Part shown: positions 13,201 through 27,428 of the stretch, one piece after another
Layout: every line of letters begins with the position of its first letter
Position numbering within the stretch: position 1 is the stretch's first letter
Source of the DNA: Mytilus edulis
Taxonomy: Eukaryota
Assembly (NCBI RefSeq): GCF_963676685.1
Contig: NC_092346.1
Location: 27,962,001-28,026,000 of the forward strand
DNA length: 64,000 nt
Direction of reading: 5' to 3'
Program-made: the position numbers and the translations under genes
The notes under the pieces: generated by a model
Told to the model about the DNA's origin: nothing
Seen by the model: only the letters and a program-made list of their open reading frames with translations
The model's database searches: none

Positions 13201-13809
13201 ATTGTTTGTCATCTTGCTTTTTTCAAATGATGTGACCCTTTATAGTCAGCCTAAAGATTGGTTGATAATGTACATCTCTCGAATTAAAAAATAGAAAAGG
13301 AAATATAATTAAGCTGTGCTTTTTAGAATAAAATCGTTTATTCATACTCAAATTACGTTATTTGTCAAATTCTCCCGTTAAATCATTCAAAGTTATTTTA
13401 AAGTTTAAATATAGTTTGAGCGCTTTTATTTAAAATCTATTCCTTACTCTAAAATTACCTGATAAATATCCAACAAACTTTAATAACAAATTAATCCCAC
13501 CAATTTTTCGTTTAAAATCTTGTTATTTCATTGTTTTCTGCTCTTTATCTAATCATATCTTTCGTTTACTAATTCTATCTTTTTTTTATCTTATGGTTTA
13601 AGGGTGCTGTTTGGTATCTTCTCCACATTTTTTAGCCAGATACATTCTAAAATGAACGTAGCGCTATGCGTAGTATCTGTCAGATTTTTGTGAAAAGATT
13701 ATATGAAATAATTATTCTCATATGATTTGCATATAAGGGAATATGTTGATATGATTGGTCGAGAGAACTTCCGGTAGTTGATATTGACGTTGGCTATTTT
13801 TCGATAGAC

Positions 13810-13990
13810 GACGTTGACCGAACTTCTTTTCGTTACCAATGTAATCCAGATGACGGCGATAATAACACCGACGTTACCAAATTTATTTTTACTGCACGTT
13901 AATCGTTAAAAATAAAATAAGACGTTGACCGAACTTCTTTTCGTTACCAATGTAAACAAGATGGCGGGATAATAACACCGACGTTACTGC
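13810..13990. repeat. 111-bp period direct repeat (about 1.6 copies)
   Basis: gacgttgaccgaacttcttttcgttaccaatgtaa at 13810 and 13921, both followed by gataataacaccgacgttac. Confidence 0.8.
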
Positions 13991-14619
13991 ACTTTAATCC
14001 TTAATCTTTAAACAAAATAACAAAAACAAAAACATTCGTTTGAATGATAAGAGTTTTTGTAGTTTATTTTTTATTAGATTGGAAATTTTATGGAGTAACA
14101 AATAAATTCATGCGCCAGGCCTATTCAATGACACAAATATAAAATTTACGTGCGATAGATTACGAGTGTGGAAATACATTTTCCAAGTCTCCAGTTTTAA
14201 AGAATTAAAAGGATTAAACGCCTTTTTAAAGGAATTTATTGGTGTATAAACTGGACCAAGTCACCCACAAACATATCATAAAAGTCATTTCATTTAGATA
14301 GAGGAAACTACTCATTTTATTTTCAAGATACATAACAATACGTAGCCTTTTTACAAATGTAGTTGTTAAACACTTCAGTTTTCGTTATTGATAATTCGTG
14401 AAGAACCCGGCATTTTCATAGATATATCCCATTTTAATCAACTGAACAAATACTTATTCTGGACACTGGTAAATTTAGACTTTATTAGACAAAATATATT
14501 CGGGCATATTTCTTGACTTATTTCTTAAGGCAGTTTGTCTTTTATCTAACACAGATCTTTGGTTGATAGCTAGGACAGAATAAAGATGACAAGTTAAATC
14601 CTCATATAATTACATAATA

Positions 14620-16825
14620 CGATAATCTATATCATTAACGGGAAGCTTAATACAAAATTTTATGATAAAAGAGATGATTTTTCATTTCCTGTCGTTAAGT
14701 CTCCATTGTTAGACGGTCACGTTCCCTTGTCATCATCTTATGGTGTTTATATATATCAACTCTTACGATTCGCTAGTGTATTTAACTAATATTAGATTTG
14801 TAGGACTCGGAACCGCGATGGTACTCCGAACCGCGATGGTCACGCTTAGATGCGATGCTGAAGTGCGTGCTTTATCATGCCGAAGTGCGATGGTGTCATT
14901 GTAACCCTATCTTGTTGATAGCTACGCCGAAGTGCGATGGTGCTAACGTGGAAGTGCGATGATCTACACAAATCTCATTTGCTAAGCTTTTCTTGTCGAT
15001 GTTTAAGTCAATGTAAAATAAAGACTGAATTTGAAAATGTGTCAAAGAGACAACAATTCGAACAAAGAGTACAAAAAATACAACCGATGCCAACCAAAGG
15101 GTCTTCAACACAGCGAGAAAAGCCCACACCTAGAGGTTGAATTCACTTGGTCCCTAAACTCAAAAGTTTATTTATTAAAAAAAAAAAGTGAACGTCATAC
15201 TAAAAATTCTTTACATGAAGATAAACTATAACTTCTTTACATAAAGATAAACTAAAATTTAAAACCATAAAAGACCCACAAAGTCCAGAGGCTCCTGACT
15301 TGGGACAGGCGCAAAAATGCGGCGGGTTTAAACATGATAAGTGAGAAATCAACCCCGTCCCCTATAATTCTAGCCAATGTAGATTTAACAAAAAAACATG
15401 AATACACACAAGGTAAAACTCAGTTTAAAAGAAGTTGGAGTACGATGTCAGAATAGGTAACAAAAGCAACTAATTGTATCAGCAAAATGACAATGATAAA
15501 CTAAACAAAAAAGGACTACTGGCAGTTACTGACGTGGTGAGGGTTTTATAAAACTTACAAATACAAATACTTCGCGAAAGAGGTAAGACAGGGGACATTT
15601 ACAAAAGGTTCTTTTTAGCGTACGATTGTGCGTGACATTCCCTCAATACATTTGAGTCTGCAGACAAACTCTCTTCATTAAAATATTATAATCGAGGCAC
15701 TCATGGGAAAAACAACGTATAGGCCTACGACCATCGCACTTCGGCGTAGACCATCGCACTTCAGCGGGACCATCGCACTTCGGCGTAGACCATCGCACTT
15801 CAGCGGGACCATCGCACTTCAGCGTCCCCATCGCACCTCAAAGTCCTACAAATTTTAGGGAGAGAAATTTATGTATTACTGAAAAATTATTACACCAGGG
15901 TTTTCGATATCACAAACTAGTCAAAACATTTACTAAATTTAATCATCGGTACAAGGACATCATTCGTAAATATAACTCAACATGCAGACATCTTATACGT
16001 TCAGGTATTTTACATCCAATCTTTTACGGTTATATACTTTACAAAGCACAAAAATGTCAGTATTCACATCAAAAAGCTAACAAAACCTTTAAAAAAACGT
16101 ATTAATAAGGGATATAATTACGATACTGTTATCAGGTCGTTAAATATTGCATAGTTTTACTTTAATATTGATTCATTAATAGGGTCTTTGCATCGGAACT
16201 AAGCACATTTATTTTAAAACCAGTGTTAGCATGATCCGGGTTATGTTCTTCTCATATATCTTATGATGGTATAATACTAAACCCCTAACGGTAGGGATTG
16301 TGCTTGACATTTATATGATGAAGTCATAATCTTTCAATCAGTTGAAATGAGGTCTGGAGCGTGCATGTCAGTTACTGCTAGTAGTCTGTTGTTATTTATG
16401 TATTATTGTCATTTTGTTTATTTTCTTTTGTTACCTCTTCTGACATCGGACTCGATCTTCTCTTAAACTGAGTTTTACTGTGAGTATTGTTGTACGTTTG
16501 TTTTAACTACATTGGCTAGAGGTATAGGGGGAGGGTTGAGATCTCAAAAACATGTTTAACCCCGCTGCATTTTTGCGCTTGTCCCAAGTGAGGAGCCTCT
16601 TGCCTTTGTTTGTCTTGTGTGATTTTTTAAGTGTAGTTTCTTGACTATAATTGGGAGTTTAGTGTGACGTCCATTATCACTGAACTACATGTAGTATAAA
16701 TATTTGTTTAGGGGGCCGCTAAAGGACGCCTCCGGGTTTCGGGAGTTTCTTGCTGCATTGAAGACACATAGGTGTCCTTCGGCTGATGACTTCTCTATGG
16801 TTGGGTATTGTCTCTTTGACACATT
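14620..16825 (+). mobile_element. Penelope-like retroelement RT 3' fragment, interrupted by a TIR element
   Basis: NGKLNTKFYDKRDDFSFPVV...SYGVYIYQLLRFAS before 14798 resumes as ERNLCITEKLLHQGFRYHKLVKTFTKF after 15850. Confidence 0.8.
14799..15850. mobile_element. Non-autonomous TIR DNA element with subterminal tandem repeats (superfamily unresolved)
   Basis: Termini tgtaggact...agtcctaca. Inverted subterminal repeats (aagtgcgatgg / ccatcgcactt). Splits the RT frame. TSD unclear. Confidence 0.7.
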
Positions 16826-19800
16826 CCCCTTTATGAACAATTAAACTTACTTGATAACTTGAGTATAACTAGTTTTGAGATGCAATATTTTTTTCTATCT
16901 GTATGACTAATTTTACCGACTGGTTTCTATAAATCGAGCTTTCTCTAAAACTTCATAACGGTCGGACTGCATGATGTATTTCAATTGTTTGTTTCAATTT
17001 CCTGTACTTTGGAAAAAAAATTATATCTGCCGTAAAAGATGTTCGGACTATTTTTCGCGTGTGGTACCTTTTTCTTTTGACACTGTACTAACTATGTAAC
17101 CCTTTTAATTCAATATTAAGTCTGTGTATTTTAAAAAATTCGTACAAATCAAAACAAAATATTTTAATTGATAACACAATACAGCGCAGGTGTTTCCTTT
17201 CATGTTATTAAAGCTAGAGTTTCGAATGAAAGAGTTGACATCATCTCTTAGTGTTTCTTACGGAGGCCTTTATGGAATATATGTGTCTGAGATGACAACA
17301 GATATATATTTATCGTAACTACAATTTCTTCCCATTTATTCGATTGTGGTATCGGCGAATGGCACTAATATACGGATTGCTACGTGCATAAGCATCATTG
17401 CCAGTCGCAAAAGTTATCGGTAATCGTGTGGCTTATCTTTAGGTTTGGTTATGTGAAGCATTATTGGTGTCGATTGTTGTTGGCTTTGTTTCTTGTTTTT
17501 TTCTGTTTGTCCATGGTACTGAAAGTTTTTGTTCAACTTATATTTTATCGAATAGGCCGAAAAAGTATTAAAGTCATTTCTTATCATTTGAATCTTAATT
17601 CCACGTTAAACCGGAGTAAATCGTGAAAAAACGTTGATGACGTCACGGTCACATTACAAAATTATGGCTTATGAGCTGATAAACAAAACGACGTCAGCCA
17701 ATCAGAAGACGTGTTACGTCCAAAATTTAATTATTTTTTAATAACACTCTGTGTTCCGCAATAAAAAAAAAGAAGAAAAAACTAAAATTGAAAAATTGAA
17801 AGCTCAAACACATCAAACGAATGGAAAACCTTCGAAATAGAAGTGTTTGTTATTAATCTCACACAAAGTTTTATATATCATGCTATTAAAATCCCCGAAA
17901 CCGTTTCTTTTATAAGACAAATTATTATCATTTAAATGATGAATAAACCATTTGGAACTTTAATTGGCTTAATACTTTGATGAGAGTATAACACAATTTT
18001 ATCATTGTTTTAATCCATTATCTATGCATCTTTTTCATGGTTATAGTAATTGTAAATTTTTCGTAGAAATTACTATAAGACAATAATATTCAAAATCCTT
18101 CATATCCTGGTATGCCTTAAATAGAACCAAAAACTCTTAAAGTCTCGAGAAATGTCTTACATCTTATAACAATAGTTATCAAAGGTACCAGGATTATAAT
18201 TTAGTACGCCAGACTCGCGTTTCGTCTACATAAGCCTCATCAGTGACGCTCATATCAAAATATTTATAAAGCCAAACAAGTACAAAGTTGAAGAGCATTA
18301 AGGATCCAAAATTCCAAAAAATTAAGCCAAATACGGCTTAGGTTATCTATGCCTGGGATAAGAAAATCCTTAGTTTATCTCGATAAATACAAAGTTTTGT
18401 AAACAGGAAATTTATAAAAATAACCACATTATTGATATTCAATCTTAACAAGGATATCATGTGCAAAATAATCACAAATTAAACCTGTTGCAGCCAGAGG
18501 GACACATATGTCAATAATTTTAATTGTTGTGTCCCTTTAAAATAACATAACGAAGTTCGAACCGTGTTTTATTTTTTTCAAATTGGTCCCCAAAGTTAAA
18601 AAAATAATTTATTAGAACGTGTCGTCATTTATCGATTGAGGTCATTGTTGGGAGTGTGCTACCTAACCTGACATCGGACTCGGACTTCTTTTGAACTGTG
18701 TTTTACTGTGCGCTTTGCTATGTGTTTCTTTTTCTACATTGACTAGAGGTATAGGGGAGGGTTGAAATCTCACAAAACATTACTCCAGCTGCATTTTTGC
18801 GCCTCTCCCAAGTCAGAAGCCTCTGGCCTTTGTTAGTTTTGTATATTCTTTTTCATTTTAGTTCATTATTTTTATTTTAGTTTTGTGTGACGTCCATTTT
18901 CACTGAACTAGTACATAATTCTAATTAGGGGACAACCGAGAACCAACTCCTTGTGCGGGATTTTCTCGCTGCATTGAAGACTTATTGGTGGTCTTCAGCT
19001 GATATCTGCTCTTTGGTCAGGTTATTGTTTCTTTGAAATATTCCTCATTTCAATTTTCTATAGAATTAATTGCAGCAAAAGGGTCAAAATGATTTCTCTC
19101 TCCAAATGATTTCACCACTTTTTATACTTTTCTCTCGCAAATACGTGCAAATTTCCATTAAATTTTATGATAAAATGTAAAACATGTTGTTTCTGTGTAT
19201 TTTCTCGTTTTCTTAAGCAGTGATATCCATCAAACACTGCTGTTGTCATTGGTCATCCTGTTGGTATCTTCTGCAATGTTCAGTTATTTTCAATGTGCGT
19301 TTTGATTTAATAACAAATCTGTGAAGGGTGTTATGCGTTCCAAAATTAACAAGAACACATTGTCTGTACCAATCAGGTAATCTAGATCGTACGCTGTTCG
19401 TTCTTGTATGTTTGTATGTGTTCCTTTCTACTGTTCAGTACTTTGTACATGTTACCCGCTATAAGTATTTTTATATAACAATAAAGATGCCTATACAAAT
19501 AAAGATAAGTGTGCATCGATATCATCTAAACACTGGGATACACATGATTTTCTGTTTCTATGTATTCTAATTCGTAATAGGTAACTTGTGTTTTGCGGCA
19601 TTCAAAATAAATAAATTCAACTGGAATCATCACACATCGTGTTTAATGTAAATTAATAAGATAAAAGTAAAATCACAAAAATACTGAACTCCGAGGAAAA
19701 TTCAAAGACATAATCAAAAGGCAAAATTAAAAGCTAAAACACATTAAACGAATGGACAACTACTGTCATATTCCTGACTTGGTACAGGTATTTTCGTATG

Positions 19801-22800
19801 TACTAGAAGACTTCAACGTTGACGGTTAGAAGTGCAATTATGTTGTTATAGGTAATCATGGGCGCGGTTACTGCGATGTCATTAATGAAGAAGGCCCATA
19901 TTTTAGAACATTTACAATAACAATGAATAAGGCAACCTAAATCATCTATTCAAATGACGAAACGCGCGTCTGGCGTATTTACTAAATTTAGTCCTGGTAT
20001 CTGTAATGAGTTTATTTTCTACATTTTCCATTAAAAAATAACTTATGATGATTTTATTTATAAGACATCCAGCAAGCAGATAGTCACAATTTATTTTTTT
20101 AACGAATCTTCTGCTTTCGCCCCAAAATGAGTTTATATAAATTGTAATATTCTAAAGCACGTATTTTGTTAGATTGGTATCGTCATTAATAAAAAAAAAA
20201 AAAAAGAAGATATATCACACAGTAATGGTGATGGCGAAAAATAAATATTATGAAGAAAGGGTATGAAAACAATTACGAAAATCCTTTAAAAAAAATCAGA
20301 AAAAATATTTGTTTAGTTTGTTTGTTAGAAAGGTTAAAACAAATATCAATTTCAAAATGAAGCCAAAATGGAGCTACCAATGTCAGAAAAGTCGTAGATC
20401 ATTAGATGTAGCCATGTCGATCAACAGGAATAATAGAATATTTCATAAATCACTCACCGATGCCATACACGATTAGTTTGTCTTCTTGGTGTAGAATAAA
20501 AAGTAAAACAAGATACCCCAGTCGACCACACATGTCTGTCTTATAAGTAAGATACATACATCAAATATGCTTTGTACATGTTTGGGTTTTGCATGCAACG
20601 GTTTGATTATCATGAATTTTCAAAATATCCTTTGCGCAATCAATTTTAAGCATGACATTGATCTGTTTGCTTAATAAGAAACAATTACAAAAATAGAACA
20701 TCTTTAGAGTTGGTTGCAACCTTCTTATCAACATGTCTGCAAACGAAAACACATGTTTCTGACACAGACGTCTATAATCAATTGTGTCTTTCAAATATTC
20801 AATTAAATAAAATAACAATGCATTGTACACATAAACTGTTAAACTAATTCAGGTACATTTTACTTTTTAAAAAACTTTTGTTCTTATCATTGATTCTTGA
20901 TTATAAGAACCTAGTATGATTTGTTTATGCAACAAAACTCGTCTAGTAATTTCCAAACTTGACAAACTGTGAAATTCTACCCTTTTAGACAACAAAAGAA
21001 GCTATGTTGGTTTTGTAAATATTACTTTTATTGTGTAATCGTTCTGTGGTAATCCATTTGACGTTGGTCCGTACTTATGCATCCCATCATTGTGTTATTA
21101 TATTTTCAGATTTATATTTTTACGTAACTTCTGGGTCCCATGGGTCAGATGTACAAATATTACATTGACAAATATTATTATTATATTGTATATATATACA
21201 CAATGTCACAATAGTACACACATTCGTATTCGTATTCGTTATTACGCTATGGTAGAGTTGTGTATCCTTGTGTTTTATTTTTATGAGAGTGCTGGTCTAT
21301 ATGCCTTTTTGTGCTTCTTTGTTGATATATATTTGTTTGTATAGTTATTAAGATTATCACATACTGTTGACTGCTGAAACCGTACAGTTGCATAAAGTTC
21401 CACTATCTTGACAACGATGTGTGAACAAAACAAACATACATAATAGGTAAACAAATTGTCAAAAATATATTTAATATTAATAAAAGATAGTTGCATCCCG
21501 TTATCTTGTACGAAGATGAAAATATGGTTTGAATATAATTTTAGGGAAAGTTAAAGGGTTGAAGTATAGCATGGGACTTGGGGTGGAGGGAGCTAGCTCC
21601 TGTTTTTATTATATAAACTATTTTTTTTTAAAAGACCATTCGTGTAGTACCGAGTTCATTTTAAAACTGTTCGGAGCCCTTTTATCTTTTACTAAATATT
21701 GTATAGATTGACACTAAGAAAGATGCGCACATTAAAAAAGGACATGTTTCAATTGTCGCTACCATTGTTTTGCCTCTTTCTTCGAATGAGACCCTTCAAA
21801 AGCACGAAAATGTTTGTAAACCCTGAAAAATATCCTGAATTTTAAATTTGTTTTAAAGTGTTTTGTGGTTGCACAAGAAGCATATATCGGTGTCTTTTTT
21901 ATATTGAGTAAAATGCAGCTTCATGTAACGCATACAAAAGGTATAAGACGTTTTGTTACTTATATCCCCTAGTTCGACTAGGATTTTAAACATTACAGAA
22001 AAAATCAAGAGTGTTTTACAGGATTAAGAGTTTACTGTTATATGACATATATTTCGTAAATACTTCAATAGAAAAACTATTCATACGATGCAAAGCGCCT
22101 CTTGTGTTACGTGTTGGTCATCATAATAACTTAACAACTTATACAGGTATTGGTGATCAAACAAATGTAATTGCGCGCAACGGGTAGAATAGTATGACTT
22201 CAAACTTTCTTTTGGATCTCATCTCACTGAATGCATCTGCATTATTCATTGATGAATTTCTCATTGTTAAGTGTTCTTGCGTTTGTTTGGACTGTATTAC
22301 TGTTACGAAGTGATTTAAATTCAGAGATATATTTTAACATTGTCATATAAGCGGAACGTTTGGCCAGTCATAAAACTAGGTTTACACCACCATTTTTCTT
22401 AAAATGCTCTGTACAAGCTCTGGAGTATGGTAGTTGTTATCAAATAGTTCGTTTCTATGTGTATTTGCGTTTTTTTTTGTGTTTTTTTGTGTGTTTTTTG
22501 TTGTTGTTGCAGTACAGTGTTTGTGAAATTCTGTTGTTTTCCTCTTATAGTTGTAGTGTTTCCCTCGGTTTTAGTTTGTAACCGGGATTTGTTTTTTTCT
22601 AAATCGATTGTTGACTTTTGAACAGCTGTATACTACTGTTGTTTTTATCTAAAGTACGCTACTGATGTATCAAAAGTATCTCTTTCTGTTTTCTTCCTTG
22701 TTTTAAAAATATCTAATCTTGAATACAAATGCCTCTGAGAGTTTTAAACGACGGGGTACTACGGCTGTTCCTTACTTATTTTTGTTTTGTAATGAATTTG

Positions 22801-22836
22801 TCAATAACAAACTTTGTAATGACTGAAAATTAATAA
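15090..22836. repeat. Segmental direct duplication, copy B
   Basis: Collinear with 4868-13083. Confidence 0.92.
18206..18249 (-). ncRNA. Hammerhead ribozyme copy (paralog of 8375-8418), helix II mismatch
   Basis: GCGUCA CUGAUGA GGC-UUAUGUA-GAC GAAA C GCGA GUC UGGCGU. Confidence 0.7.
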
Positions 22837-23515
22837 AAGAGGTACGATTAAGTTATCTTTCGAAGTTGGTTTATAAGAACATCGATCAAGATTATATTTA
22901 CCTGTTTTTTGGGCTATTTCCTGTTTTGTCTGTCCGTATTTTTCGTTTGTCCAGAAATGTTTGTACTAGTATAAACAAAGAAGATGTAGTACAATTGCCA
23001 ACGAGACAGCTCTTCACAGAACACCAAATGACGTAGAAATGATTAATAACAACTATAGGTCAAATTACTGTCAATTTTTTTTCTTTTTCATTCGAACCTT
23101 TTTTACGTAATTTCATACAAAAAGGAGACAAATATTTTTTTTTTATTTGGAGCGAATTTCGTTCTTACACTAACGATACAAACAGTTCAGCGTGCACACG
23201 TTTTGATCATTTGTTTCTAACATACTTTTGCAAACTTTGCATAAACTTTGACAAACTACACACTCGCTGCTAATGCGTCTTCTGTTTGCTCACAAACATG
23301 TTGTTGTACTGTTACACCACTGTCTTAGGTTAGGGGAGGATTGAGATCCCGCTAACATGTTTGACCCCGCCACATTCTGTATGTATGCATGTGCTTGTCC
23401 CAAGTCAGGAGCCTGTAGTTCGGTGGTTGCCCTTTGTTGCTGTGTTATACATATTTGTGTTTCGTTCATTTTTTTTTACATTTATTCAGCCGTTAGTTCG
23501 TTTGAATTAATGTTG

Positions 23516-24434
23516 AGACGTTACGCGCGATGTTCGTACCTCATTGGAAATTCGGTGTAGTTGGCAAGATGCAAGTCCAAAATATGTAATTTTGTGATAT
23601 CATATTCATTGTTATTGTACGTATTTTAAAAAATAACGATTTTTAAAAAATAACGATTTTTAAAATAAAAACGAAAAAAATTATTGTTGAAACTATGTTT
23701 TATGCTGCATACGACAAGCTTCTTTTTTTAAAAACGACGATTTTTAGGTTGTCCCGCGTAACATATTTCATTTATTGTAACCACTAAACTATGTTTTTCG
23801 TCAAAACTATTTGATATTTTGAAAAACGTTTTTTTCCATTATTAAACAGAATGGTTCCTTCAGTCGTTTGTGCATTTTTTATGACGTTATGATGACGTCA
23901 TTGAAAAAAACGCGTTCCATACTACAAGGGCAAATCTGTCCCATGGGGAAAAAAAGTGGGATTCCAGATTTGAGAATCAAAAAACATTTATCTAAAATGA
24001 AAAAAATAGTATTTGTATTTACTACATCAATGTTAATTTGCTTAATTTTATGAATTTAAAGACAAATATCCTAAAAAATGATATATCATGGTAATTTATG
24101 AGCGATTTTTCAAAGGCTGATAAGGTTGTCGCACCGCCATTTTTTGACGTAAAAACGAACTCAACTCAAATTTACGTCAATTGTTTGCTTATCACTGCTC
24201 TTATAATGGTAGAATTTTATGATTTTTAAAATGTTATTTTTCTTAATTTTTCAAAAAACTAAAATACATCAATTTTCGATAAGTAGTTAAAAAGCACCGT
24301 CGATTTTGCGGAGTCTTACAAGAATGTCGCACTTGCTTAAAAACAACGTTTCAGCAGAATATTTGGTTTGAACGTTACGAAATATTCGCGACGTTGTGTT
24401 ACGCTTGCATGTACGAACATCGCGCGTAACGTCT
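23516..24434. mobile_element. MITE-like element, 919 bp, perfect 24-bp TIRs
   Basis: AGACGTTACGCGCGATGTTCGTAC at 23516 and its reverse complement ending at 24434. Inserted into a common dispersed repeat (tcgtttgaatt...ttacatttgtg). Confidence 0.85.
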
Positions 24435-25669
24435 TTACATTTGTGATTTTGGGGTCTTTTATATAGCTGACTATGTGGTAGGCTTTGCTTATTGTCGAAT
24501 GCCGTACGGAGACTTATAGCTGTTGATTTCTGTTTAATTTGGTCTCTTGTGGAGAGTTGTCTCATTTGCAATCATACAGTACCACATCTTCGTTTTTATA
24601 CCAACCCTGCACTATTCTTTATTTGTTTGTCCCAGGTCAGGAGCCTGTAGTTTAGTGGTTGTCGTTGGTTCATGTCTCGACCCGTAATTGATATTTTGCA
24701 AATTGTTTTGTTATGTAGAATAAGGCCGTTAGTTTTTTTCGTTTGAATTGTTCACACTTTTCATGTCGGACCTTTTACAGTATCAGGTTTTTGTCATTGT
24801 TGAAGGCCTTACGATTGTGTATAATTGCTTACATCCACTTCATATTTGAACTCCGGTGGATAGTTGTCTTATTAGCAATCATATCCCATCTCTTCGTTTT
24901 TATATTATATACCTGACTTCTAAACTTGTGTTTTCCTTAACAAGCATGAAATATTTGTCACTGGGCGTTAACAATTAGCAACAAAACAATCAATCAATTT
25001 AAAGTTGTGTCAAATAAGAGGAAAACCATTTGATATTTATTGATTTGTTGGGGACGGTGACAGAAGGATTTCATATATATGAGTATGGTTGCCTGGTAAG
25101 AGCTGAAAAATAGGCACGATTAGCGACAGATTAAAATGAATAATTATGCCCTCTCTTCCTTTCCCCATCCTTTATCCATAAATTTAAACTGACCACTACG
25201 GAATATCCCAATAGTGTTGAAAGTAGCGTTTAACACCAATCAATCAAAATCCCTTACCTAGAATATAAAATAATCGTCCCTTAACTGTTATTGTCCGTGT
25301 AGTTCATATAAATTTATTAATGTTATTTAGACTAAACGACGCTATGTGTGTTATGTGCCTCTGTCGTCTAAACAACCTATCAAAACAGAAGAGGTGGAAG
25401 AGAGCCAGAAGATCTTCCCAATGCAAAAACAAAAAACAGAAATGGACTTCTTATGGCTCACTACCGAAGAACAAAAAAAAACGCGCCCCATTTACATGAT
25501 TTAAAAACGCCTTGCCCCTACCCTTTTCTCCCAAAAATTGGCATTGTTAAATAATCAGCATTAAAATGCTATTGTACCTACTTTATTACATGATCAGGGA
25601 CTAATGACATTTATCTCTAAGTCCAAGCATACAGTAAATTATTATAATATGAATATGTTTCTTGTTTTA

Positions 25670-27428
25670 GGGAACAGTCATTATTTACCAGCTGGGGGGG
25701 GGGGGGGGTTGGATAATTTTTTGGGGGGGTCAAAATATTTTTGGATGAACATATTGGGGGGGGGGGGGTAAAAAAATGTTCCATTATTAAATGGGGGGGG
25801 GGTCAATTTTTTTCAAACAGAATTTTCAACAACTACAAAATTTTATGTTCTCCTTTCTTGACACTGTGGAATTGCTTTTTATATTTGTTATCTTGGTTCA
25901 TGTATACATGCTTCTAATATTAAATAGGTATAATTGGATTTATAGCATCAATGACTAGCACAAGAGGATATATATATCACATGGGAAGTTAAATAGATAT
26001 AAATTAGTTTGACAAATATCTGATGTATTTATGACTGTGGTTCTGCATCAAAAATAAATACTGACATCTGATTAGTATCAGATAAGTGCGATAGGATCAA
26101 GCAATAATCTTTGCCTAATGCTACATTTAATCTGAATGTCTCACCCTTTTAATACATAATAGAGCATGAAATAGTGACCTTTTCCAGCTGCCCGGCCATC
26201 CCTACAAATCAGTTACATAGTAAGTGGCCTCTTTGGGAGATACTATTGACTTTAAGCAATTTGTTTATCAACACAGTCTTATTTTAATTAAAGATGGATA
26301 GAGAAAAGAAGGAAAATGCTAAAATATTTCAACGTAAGCCTTATATAGAAAAACGATTTTAAAAAGAAAACTTCAAACAAAATATTGTGAAAATGATATT
26401 CGGATTTCTCTCCAAACATGCTCTACATTTTTTGAAAATCGACAAAAATTAAATGGATACATGTATGAAGCACAAAACTCCAAGTTTGATTTTCGTTCTC
26501 TGCTGGCATTACTTGCTGTTTTACATCATCTTGAGTGCAGCACACTTATATAATTCCAAAATGCTTTTGAGATTTATTCATCTTTTTTTGAACATCAACC
26601 AGATAAAAATGTTTTTCGGGACAAGATATTGGATGTTGATAAAGGACTAGTTTGTTGTTATTCCATGCACCCTTTTGATAAAGTAACATACATTTCGTTG
26701 CGGCAGTGTAATGTTTCAAAGAAAGAATTGTTTCATAATTTGACAGTATCAAATGATGAATTTACATTTACTTCCAATATCAATGGATTACAATACATAT
26801 GTAAAAATACAGTTGAGAATGAAACAAATAACATTGATATTGATCAGGTTTGTAACATAGGGGTAAAACTTGCAAAAGCTCTCTTTGTTTTATTTGAAAA
26901 AAATGTTTTCACACACACAGCCAAGTGTCTCATCCTTGAAAATGTATGTGACAGTGTTGAAGAGAGATACTGGGCGTTGTATGAAAGCAGTCATGAATGT
27001 TGGAGACAGGGAGCTTAACTAGAGTGTCGAGATGAAAGTGCGAAAGATTCAGATGAAAGTAAAAGTAACAGAGAAATGAGTGATCATATGGAAGATGTGA
27101 GTGAAAGTGGTGAAGAAGTTGTACAAGAATAGGTTAGTCATGTTTATAGTTGTTTATATCTAAAACTTGTGATGTTGTGTAAATATGTTTATAAATGCAT
27201 GTTTTCATCTTACAATAAAAATATGCTGTTAATTAAATGGTTTAAATCATTGATAAATAATAGCACCAGATGGGGGGGGGGGGGGGGGGGTCAAAGTTTT
27301 TTATTTACTACATTTGGGGGGGGGGGGGGTCATTTTTAAATTTACAATATGACTGGGGGTACATTTTTATTTTGTTCATTTCGCTAAAGAATCCCCCCCC
27401 CCCCAGCTGGTAAATAATGACTGTTCCC
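25670..27428. mobile_element. PIF/Harbinger-like non-autonomous element, 1759 bp, with G tracts
   Basis: TIR GGGAACAGTCATTATTTACCAGCTGGGG... at both ends. TTA on both flanks (25667-25669, 27429-27431). Superfamily assigned from the TSD and termini only. Confidence 0.75.
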
